Positions 11,651 to 22,300 of a DNA stretch of 64,000 nt are shown here, piece after piece (within the stretch, counting starts at the first letter, position 1; each line of letters starts with the position of its first letter). Under the pieces are notes generated by a model. It did no database searches. It saw only the letters and a program-made list of their open reading frames with translations, and had not been told where the DNA came from. Position numbers and translations under genes: made by a program. The DNA lies in contig NIVC01001284.1 in assembly GCA_002269645.1 (NCBI GenBank), forward strand, positions 62,001 through 126,000, given 5' to 3'. This DNA is from Macrostomum lignano (lineage: Eukaryota).

Positions 11651-11941
11651 TTCTTGCTTGCTTGCTTGTTTTGATTGCTTGTGAAGTTGGTCAGTCAATT
11701 ATTACTTAGGAGCTTAGGCCTACTATACAGATGCTTCTTTGCAAGTGGCAAGTGGATTCTTATCAGCGTCGACGTAAACTGACTTGACACTAAGCTTTCA
11801 AACTAGGCTTATAGAGTTTCATTCTAAGTATTTAGTATATATAAATGATTAGAGATTTAGAATAGGTAGATAGGGATCGGTAACAGTATAAACTTTTGTA
11901 GTTCCTGATTTCAGCACAATTGAGCAGATATGATACTTGTA

Positions 11942-12745
11942 CGAGGGGCACTATTAAAGTTCTGAGCCTTAATATGAAAGAGAGGAGATATGGGCAAAGT
12001 GAGATCAGCTTTTCTCAACATAGTCTCCCCCAACCAAGATGCACTTATGGCATCTTGATCGCAGCGCCTCAATGCCACTCTGGAAGAATTGCACCGAGCA
12101 GCCCTCAAACCAAGCAGTTGCAGCATCCTTCAGCGCATCATCAGTGTCAAATCGCTGTCCACGGAGCGCCCGCTTGAGATGTGGAAACAGGTGGAAGTCG
12201 CTCGGGGCCAGGTCTGGTGAATAGGCTGGGTGCGGCAGCTCTCGAAACCCTGCGACACTGACAGCAGCCTTGGCAATCCTGCTAGTGTGGGCCGGTGCAT
12301 TGTCGTGCAGCAGCACAACACCTCGGCTCAGCATCCCTCGCCTATTTTCCTTGATTGCCTCGCACAGACGGGCGATCAGGTCAGCGTAGTAGGCGCCTGT
12401 GACTGTCTGCTTGTGCGGTAGAAAGTCCAGCAGCAGCGGGCCCTTGGCATCCCAGAAGACGGTGAGCATAATCTTGCCCGCACTGCATGCAGTCCGTGCC
12501 TTCAGTGGTGCAGGTGAACCAACTGGCAGCCACTGCTTGGACTCCTGCTTGGACTCGGGATCGTGGATCACGCAGCAGGACAGAAAGTTGGCAGGGCCCT
12601 GCAGAAAGGGCCCTGCAGGGGAATGCAGAAAATTCTGAAAAGTTAACAATAGACTATTAACATGTGGCGCTTTTAGAGCCTAAAGTTTCAACACTTTGCC
12701 ACTATAAGATCTTGGTCAGGCTCAGAACTTTAATAGTGCCCCTCG
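11942..12745 (-). mobile_element. Internally deleted mariner (D,D34D; irritans/Hsmar2-like TIR), 804 bp, non-autonomous
   Basis: Perfect 28-bp TIRs CGAGGGGCACTATTAAAGTTCTGAGCCT at 11942-11969 and 12718-12745, with TA on both sides. ORF 12005..12649 has MLTVFWD, LHDNAPAH and HPAYSPDLAPSDFHLF, with 34 residues between the two Asp. The HTH region and first Asp motif are missing. Confidence 0.93.
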
Positions 12746-13029
12746 TAGTGATACTAATATATAATTAGTATATAAAAATGTAAACGCACTTGGACTGGCG
12801 GATTTTCACGAGTACTAGTGTCGTGTACTTGTCATTGAGGAACGAAAGTTAAAATAGAACCGAAAGTTCCGTGGAGTTTCGAAAGCTTCTGCGTTAGGGC
12901 TTTTCAAATCCGCCATATCCTCATACAAAATCATAACACTATAGGCGACTTTCACGAATCTCAGAAAATGAAAATTAGAAATACAAGAGCTCAAAAATAG
13001 GTTCTTTAAGGTTCCACATGAAAATTTTG

Positions 13030-13670
13030 GCTGGCAAACCTCGGCAAGCAAAATTCGGCAAGCAAAGTTCGGCAAGCAAAGTTCCTGCAAGCAAAGTTCC
13101 TGCAAGCAAAGTTCGTCAAGCAAAATTCCTGCAAGCAAAGTTCGGCAAGCAAAATTCGGCAAGCAAAATTCCTGCAAGCAAAGTTCGGCAAGCAAAGTTC
13201 GGCAAGCAAAATTCCTGCAAGCAAAGTTCCTGCAAGCAAAGTTCGGCAAGCAAAGTTCCTGCAAAGTTCGGCAAGCAAAATTCCTGCAAGCAAAGTTCCT
13301 GCAAGCAAAGTTCGGCAAGCAAAATTCCTGCAAGCAAAATTCGGCAAGCAAAGTTCGGCAAGCAAAGTTCGGCAAGCAAAATTCCTGCAAGCAAAGTTCG
13401 GCAAGCAAGGTTCCTGCAAGCAAAGTTCGGCAAGCAAAATTCCTGCAAGCAAAGTTCGGCAAGCAAAATTCCTGCAAGCAAAGTTCCTGCAAGCAAAGTT
13501 CGGCAAGCAAAATTCCTGCAAGCAAAGTTCCTGCAAGCAAAGTTCCTGGAAGCAAAGTTCGGCAAGCAAAGTTCCTGCAAGCAAAGTTCGGTAAGCAAAG
13601 TTCGGCAAGAAAAATTCAACAAGAAAAATTCGGCAAGCAGACTTCGGCAACCAAATTTTCGCAAGCAAAT
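13030..13670 (+). repeat. Minisatellite, 14/15-bp unit GCAAGCAAA(G/A)TTC(G/CT)
   Basis: Direct inspection. It explains four spurious overlapping ORFs. Confidence 0.95.
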
Positions 13671-16600
13671 TTTATAGACCCTTGCCAAGCCTTCAAATTC
13701 CACACGTGTCTGCATCAGCTCTCACCTCATTGGTCCCTGCTGGTCTTCACCCCAGACGGAGCTCCTGAACCCTCAACAGGTTGGGCACCAGGTGACTATA
13801 TGGACACTGATGCGAATTTCTCTCTAGTTCTTCGCTGATCATAGCCTTGAGAGAGTGGTGGAAAACTTTAGCTACTGGAAATCCTCAGCTATAGTCTAGC
13901 TCTCAAGCATCCAAACATCACCTCGACGTCGTCTGCACCTTTAAAAGATGGCATCATGTAACTCCAGTAGCTATATAGAGATCCTGTTGCAATATACATT
14001 TATTGGCAGATTATTGGCAGACCTAAATTAACTGCTGCGTTTCTCCAGCATTCGATCTTCATTCAGCCGCCGTCGGCACCTTCAGCAGTCGAAACCATGC
14101 ATGCATGACTTGGACCGTACACCTGAAAGATAATTTTCTAAATTTTATAGTAGCCTTATTTTTAGTTTCTTTTGATCACATTTTAGCTTGATCTTCGTAA
14201 AAACTCGGTTCGATTACAATATAATAAACTAACCGCGTCGCATTAAAGTTTAAATGCACGTCATCGCGTCGGTGATGCTGGACTGTTTTGAGAGTCCTAA
14301 ATCATACAGATCAGAATGACGGGAGCTTAATAAAGAGTTGCCATTTTGATCTTGTTACTTTTGGTCAGCGACATCAAAGAATTTCGTGTGCCTGTGTTGC
14401 TCCGTTCCGGCGCTGCAAAAATTTCAGCTCTCCTTTTGGTATTGATATACTGTTAATAAGTTAACTGCATGGCTCAAAATTTTGCAGGTAAATTTGTCGC
14501 TTTCGATAGTGTAGGATACAGCTACATCCATTCTCGGCGTGTCAAAAGCTCGAGATTTCTTAGTCTCGAAACTTCATACCATGGAAAACTGACCCTATAT
14601 GCAAGCTTCGCACATCGTCGTAAAAACACCATCCCTCCAGTTTGAAGTTTTCGATCTTGGATCACATTTTGGAAGCAATTGTGAATAATGAAATCCTTGC
14701 TACTGAAACTTTGTGATTGTAGGGTTTATAGTTTCGGCTAGATAGCTTGGAAGTTTTATTCTGTCCTCAAAGATTCGTAATTGGATCTTTTGAGGGAGTG
14801 ATTCATGCAATTACGCATGCCAGGTTTTTGTTAAAGTGTAAGTTTTGTTTTCCTGGAAAAACAGTTTAAAGTCGCTAAAAAGGAAGTTAATTTCAACGGC
14901 AGTCCACGTGACATCACGTGTGTAATCGGGAGCTGTTAGGCCCTACTGGTTAGCTAGTGCTAGTAAAAAGTACGGAAAGCAGCAATATATAAAAGGCAAT
15001 TTTCTTACTCTATTCTTTCTTTATTGCTTACAGGATAACGCAGGATTAGGCTTAGTTGAAGACAGAGCAAGTAGACCCTAAAGCATGAAGATCACAGGAT
15101 ACAGAACACAGAAGATTAAATTATAGCCTATTATATTTAAAGTTGTAAATATTCCAAGTAGGATCCAGATCTGGATATTTTTCCTAACCCAGAAAATGTT
15201 TCATCTAAGAAAATTCTAGGACCTGCATCCAATTTGTCTGCTAGAGCCTAGAGCCTAGAATAAGTTGTTTCGTCTGCCTGCAGACAAAAAGGCAATAGAT
15301 AAAATCATTGCATACCAAGAAATTTTGTCTGATGACCTAATAATAATAAGCCTAATTGCCTAAAGAGTAAAGACCCCTAATAAAGTTTTAGGTTAATAAA
15401 AATAACTGGAAGTGTAAATAAAGTCATACTCATATGTTGTAACAAGATTTTAAAAGTTTAATTTTTTAGTACTAGGGGTAGGCCTAGTTTTTTAGCCTAT
15501 TTTTTTCCCATTTAATAATTCTCATTTGCCTTGAGTGGAAAGATACCTTGCTCTTAAGAAGTGGTCAAGTAATAAAAAGTTGTAACACTTTATCTCATCA
15601 ACTCTTCTAAATGTTTCATCATCTTTAATATTTATAAAATTTTGTCTAAGCACTAGTAGTAATAGCCTAAGCTGCTAAGCATTGTCTGACTGCTATATTC
15701 GTGTAATAATATTTTTTTCTTAAAAACTATTTTTTAATAAATATTTCCATATAACTTTGTTCAATAAATTATTGTCATATTATTTTTAGGTTTTTTATTA
15801 TTATCCATAAAAATCCAGAAAATTTAAATGGGGTAGGGGCATGGGTACCAATTACTAAGGTATATAAATAGGCCTATGTATAGCCATAGTCTATCATGTA
15901 CATGTATATAATAATGTGTTTTCCATAAAAAATTCTAACTCTATAGGACCTGTCCTTTGCACCTCTTCCCTAAATTTGCTACTTTTTAGGCTATTTTTAT
16001 TTATTATATTGATTAAGTAGGTCTATATCTAATCCTGGATGGAATTCTTGCAGAAAAATCAAAATGTGGTATGCAATTGCACAAAAAATGTGATTTTGCA
16101 TCAAGAAATCCAGAAAAAATGCGTTGCAAAATTTCAGACAAAATTGCTAATTCTTAGGCCTAATATATGCAAAAGTGCACTTGAGATATTGGATTTCTCA
16201 AAAGATAATCCTATTAGCTAAGATCACAAAGAAAAAAAAAGTAAAAACTAAATAAGGCAAAAAAGTAAAAATTCAAAAAAATTCTATAAAAAGTAGAAAC
16301 TCGTAACATTCTCTGACATACGTATTTGGACGAAAATTCAAATCACTACATTTTCTTAGAATGAATTTTTCGTTATTGTCTTATTGATTACTTTTTTAGA
16401 TGAACATACACATTCACATTACTATTTTGCAACTTGCTAAGTACCAAAATAAAAAATGCAAACAATAAAAAATATTTTGCGTGCCAAAAAAAATTTGCAT
16501 AGTTCCATTTGACTTAAGAAATACAAGAATTCCATCCTGGTATCTAATATAGCTAAAACAGCAAAGAACTTAAAAATATCCAAAATAAACCTCACACATA

Positions 16601-19349
16601 AAATATGTATAAATCATAGGCCCTAGACAGGATTCCAGTCATTTCATTTGCAATCCATTATTAAAAACACCAATAGGCCAAGTTGATTCTATCTAAAAAG
16701 TAAAGAAAATAAAGTAACATAGTTTATCTAATAATTATAAAATTATTCAAATATTTGTAAGCAATGGATATATTTTGTTTTTTTATAGATAGGGGCATTA
16801 ATTTGGCTCTTAATTAAATGAATTTCTTGTACTAACTAGGTTTTTTATGGACTGTGTGTATTTTGTGCATTTTGATAATACATTGATTAATGTATAGGCC
16901 TATATATACTTTTTCACTATTTCAAAAGAAATAAAAAGTTTTTTTGTAAAAGAATGAAATAAAGCAGCTTCAAATTTAGAAATATTATCAAAATGATAAA
17001 ATATAAATGTCATGTCATTTATAATGGCTTTTATTATTATTTTGCAAAATTAATGTTTTATTAAAAATTAGTCTATTTATAATAGGTCTAGTATAAGTAG
17101 TTTTAAAAATATAAATAATATAAGGCAAATATTCACAAAATTTGTAGTTTAGATTATAGAAATGCATGTCTAATTTAATGCTATTGGTGAACAAGTTGGT
17201 AGCAGACAGATTGCTAGTAGATTAGCTTATAGACTTATTACTTGTATTTTTGGCAAACAAGTTAGTGGCAAACAAAGTGACTAAAACCTTTATAGCATAT
17301 CAGTAGGCTCTTTATTATATAGTTAAAGAATTTATATACTTTTATATACTAGGCCTATATAGTTAAAGATAATTAAAGTTTTTTATTTTTCTTTAACATA
17401 AGGATGATAAGCCCTAGACAAAATTCAACATATTAAAATTTGTTTCTCAACTAGGAGCAACAAAGCTTAAAAAGCTAACCTGTTGAAAAAGTTGAAAAAT
17501 AAATAAATTTGGCTAAGATTGAAATATATCTAATATAAAAGAACTGAGATTCTATGGTTTTTATTTTAGTGTTAGAATAGGCCCCCTATACCATTTTCAA
17601 TTAAATTTTTTTTTCTAAGCATTATATTTTTTTAATAAGCCTTTTTATAAAAATATATGCTTCTTATTATCTAAATAAAAGCCAGATATTAAAGTACTTA
17701 GGGTTGTTTCAAGCTTCCTGATTAGTCACTTAAGAGCCAACTACCTCAAGCTCTTAGTTGACTCTTTTGGGAAGCTTTCTGGTTGCTCTTAGTAGCATTG
17801 ATAGTTGCTGCCACTAGCTTGCTTGGATCTTGTCTTTCAATGAGGGAGACTCCGGGCTAAGCAAAATAAATGAGATGCAGGAATGCAGCACGCCATGTAG
17901 ATTTGACAGCTTGTGATAGTGCTTATCTCATCAGCAGGTCCTGCTGGGCTCAAGTGCAGGGATTGAAAACTATGCTAGTTTCTCATTATCTTAGTTAAGA
18001 TTATTTGCACAAGCTCAGTCACTCAGGCGAAAGATAGACTTAAGATGAGGATGGATAGGACTAGAGCTTACGGATGGTTGAGAGGAAGGTTGCAAGAGAA
18101 AAGCAGGTAGTAAGATTCACAGTTAAGAAAGGAGTAAGAAATAGGGCCAAACAGAGGCAAGAGACCTGTAATTATAGGATAGTGGATCAATTTCACCATA
18201 CAGTGCAAGCCACCATTGTACCAGAGTATGCAAGGCTCCGGTAGCCTCCCCACAATCATGGAATGATTCAGTTCTAATTTTAGAAACAAGTGTGGAACCC
18301 TCGCCTGGGGAGGCAGGGCCACCATTCCTAACATAAAGACTGACACACTGGATTGCACAAGGCTGTGCAAGAAAAGGACAGAGTGCCAAGGCATGTGATC
18401 TGCTACCATAGAAGCCAGACAAAGAGTACAGCTTGAATGCACTGAACTCGGACTAAACAAACGTAGTCACAAAAGGGGGGGAGGCCAGACAGACAATGAA
18501 AAAAGAGCAGTCTGAGTGGAAAAGCTTAGACAGAAGAAATGCAAACAAACCGGAAAAGGGGGGAGGGAAAGGGAGGAACTGCAGATAGCCAAAATGACAA
18601 ATGGGGAAAGAAGGAAGAGAGAGGAAGAAAGGGCAGTCAATAGCTCAGAAGGGTGCAAGGCACTGCTGACAAAAGTGGGGCACCTAACACTAAACTAGTG
18701 CTCACTTCAATAATATACTTTTGTAAACTTTTTCCCTTTTTCCCAGTTTATATTTGCTTTTTATTTTTTACAATTTCATTGAGAAGTGAAGCCCTATTCA
18801 TATGCTAAAAAAATCATTTAAATTTGCATTGTATATTCATATTGGTATGCCTTAAGTTATGGAACTCAATTGGGTAAAATAAAGTATTTGTATATTGTTA
18901 GTCATGGATAAAGTTAAATAGAATTCTAATTAAAATAAAAAAATTGGAAATCAACAATTAATGAATAAATTGGATTTTAAAGTAGCATATGAAATTAGCA
19001 AATTAATGGTAATACCTTATATAATAGTCTACCTCTGTCAAAAATGCCATATTAAGCTAGATATTAGTCCTTTGGGATTATTAGCTTTTATCTAAGACTG
19101 CCAATGTTGATTAATATAGCAAAGTCATAAGTCATTTAAGTATAATATGTATAGCTTTAATGGAGGTTTTAGAGACTTAGAATATTGTTTAAGCTTTCTT
19201 AAATATACTAAGAAATTTATCATTGATGCTAGCTCAACAGTATCTCGATTCTCAACAATATCATCTTATATCTTTAGCTATAAGCTTGAATTCAAGCCTA
19301 GTTAAATGAATTCATGCAGACATATCATCAATCATTGCTGTTAATCAAA

Positions 19350-22300
19350 ATGGACAATCCATCAACTGAGCATTTTGATGCTGGCATTGACACCACTGCT
19401 ACTGAATCAAAGGAGACTGAGGAGACTACAAAACCAAAAGGTACCGAGGCTGCTTTATCTCGCCGGCGCGCTTTGCTAGCCAATTTAGCAGCTAAAATGC
19501 CGCCTCCTAAGCTCAGCGCAGGCGATGCTGATGGCTTCATTGATCTGACTTCTCCGTCGAAGGAGTCGACAAAATCTTCTGGAGTAGCGCCAATAGCGGA
19601 CCCCGAAGCCATGGCTAAGGCTGAGTTTAAGCGCCGGTTTGAAAGGCATGCGGCTGTGCCCAACGACCCAAGGAAACTGATGCACTCGCAGTCTAAGGAT
19701 TTTGAAGTGAGCTTGTTGTCATGGATGCTTCTTTGATTGTGGTAATATCTTGGTAGTGTGACATTGTGATATTCAGAAATTCTGCCAACAACAAAACAAA
19801 CAAATCAGTGTGACAATCTGGCAGTGTGACAATCTGGCAGTGTGACAATCTGGTAATGTGACAATCTAGTAATGTGACAATCTGGCAGTGTGACAATCTG
19901 GTAATGTGACAATCTGGCAGTGTGACAATCTGGCAGTGTGACAATCTGGCAGTGTGACAATCTGGCAGTGTGACAATCTGGCAGTGTGACAGTCTGGTAG
20001 TGTGACAACCTGGCAGTGTGACAATCTGTCAGAGTGTGACAGTCTGGTAGTGTGACAATCTGTCAGTGTGACAACCTGGCAGTGTGACAATCTGTCGGTG
20101 TGACAATCTGTCTGTGTGACAACCTGGCAGTGTGACAGTCTGGTATTGTTAGAATCTGTCGGTGTGACAATCTGTCGGTGTGACCTGTCAGTGTCGGTGT
20201 GACCGTGTGACAGTGTGACAATCTGGCAGTGTGACAATCTGGCAGTGTGACAATCTGTCAGTGTGACAATCTGGCAGTGTGAAAATCTGTTAGTGTGACA
20301 ATCTGGCAGTGTGACAACCTGGCAGTGGAACAATCTGACAGTGTGACAATCGGCAGTGTGACAATCTGTTGGTGTGACAACCTGGCAGTGTGACAATCTG
20401 TTGGTGTGACAACCTGGCAGTGTGATAATCTGGTAGAGTGACAATCTGGTAGCGTGGCAATCTGACAGTGTGACAATCTGGCAGTGTGACAATCTGGCAG
20501 TGTGACAACCTGGCAGTGGGACAATCTGACAGTGTGATAATCGCCAGTGTGACAATCTGGCAGTGTGACAATCTGACAGTGTGACAATCTGACAGTGTGA
20601 CAATCTGACAGTGTGACAATCTGACAGTGTGACAATCTGACAGTGTGACAATCTGGCAGTGTGACAATCTGACAGTGTGACAATCTGACAGTGTGACAAT
20701 CTGACAGTGTGACAATCTGATAGTGTGACAATCTGATAGTATGTCACACCGAGTCAGTGCCCGATCTCCCCCAGTGTCACTTATGTCACACCCTTCCCCT
20801 CCTAACCAACAGCTGTCAATCATGCGCCTGGTGTCGCAAGACGACAGCGAGCAGCAGCCGGACAGTCAGAAAGCTGTCGGTGCAGCAACAGAAGCCAGCA
20901 GCACTTCGTCAGCTGTGACAAAGCCAGCTCCACTGCGAGTTGAATGTCAGACGGTGAAGTACCACCAGGCGGCTGACAGGGACTCGTTGCCAAGCGCCTG
21001 CAGTCGGCAGGCTTTCAATGAATTTCGCGCAAACCTAATGAAGAAGGCGGTCCGGCAGGGTGTGCAGAGCCTCGAGGAGCGCTACAGACGATATGAAGAA
21101 TTTAAAAAAGAGAATGAACAGAAAAATTCGGAGAAAGACGTCGACAAAAGTAGACATTCGAAATCTGGCGTAGTCAATGACGAGGATGAAAGTGATGAAG
21201 AATACGAGCCGAGCAATTCAGATTCGAGTAGTGGTTCGGATTCGTCAGATTCTGAGGCTGAAGAGGCTGTGGACGATAATAAAACTGAAGAGCCTGACTG
21301 TCTCCTAGAAGAAGCAGAAGAAACTTCTAACCAAGACACAAATCCGGCAGTGGTATTCTCACAGGACTCTCAGGTCGATCTGTTTTCTAATAGCAATACG
21401 GCCGGATCGGCTTCGATCTTTGGACGGTCGGCCACTTCAATGACCGCTGCTAGTGCCGCGGGTGCCGCGCTGCTGGGCGGTCAGCGGCTGCCCAGTCAGC
21501 TGCCTGACACACCGCAGCCCACCCAGTACCAGCGGGTAATGCTATTGATGTGCTCTGCGATTTCTGCTGGCTTGTTTGGTGTCCGTGTGTATCCGTATCT
21601 ACCCATGTGTCCGTATCTACCCATGTGTCCGTATCTACCCATGTGTCTTTATCTACCCATCTACCCATGTGTCTTTATCTACCTATGTGTCCGTATCTAC
21701 CTATGTGTCCGTATCTACCCATGTGTCCGTATCTACCTATGTGTCCGTATCTACCCATGTGTCCGTATCTACCCATGTGTCTTTATCTACCCATGTGTCC
21801 GTATCTACCCATGTGTCTTTATCTACCCATGTGTCTTTATCTACCCAGGTGTCCGTATCTACCCATGTGTCCGTATCTACCCATGTGTCTTTATCTACCC
21901 ATGTGTCTTTATCTACCCGTGTGTCTTTATCTACCCGTGTGTCCGTATCTACCCAGGTGTCCGTATCTACCCATGTGTCCGTATCTACCCATGTGTCCGT
22001 ATCTACCCATGTGTCCGTATCTACCCATGTGTCTTTATCTACCCGTGTGTCCGTATCTACCCATGTGTCCGTATCTACCCAGGTGTCCGTATCTACCCAT
22101 GTGTCCGTATCTACCCATGTGTCCGTGTCTACCCATGTGTCCGTATCTACCCATGTGTCCGTATCTACCCATGTGTCCGTATCTACCCATGTGTCCGTGT
22201 CTACCCATGTGTCCGTATCTACCCGTGTGTCCGTATCTACCCATGTGTCCGTATCTACCCATGTGTTCGTATCTACCCATGTGTCCGTATCTACCCGTGT

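Noticed and set aside
14469-14487. ATGGCTCAAAATTTTGCAG|GTAAAT, a possible tiny first coding exon
   Set aside because: I found no phase-compatible downstream exon that I could support.
17700-18700. GC-richer, CpG-poor block that may be a decayed LINE or other retroelement
   Set aside because: No diagnostic RT or endonuclease motif could be read with confidence.
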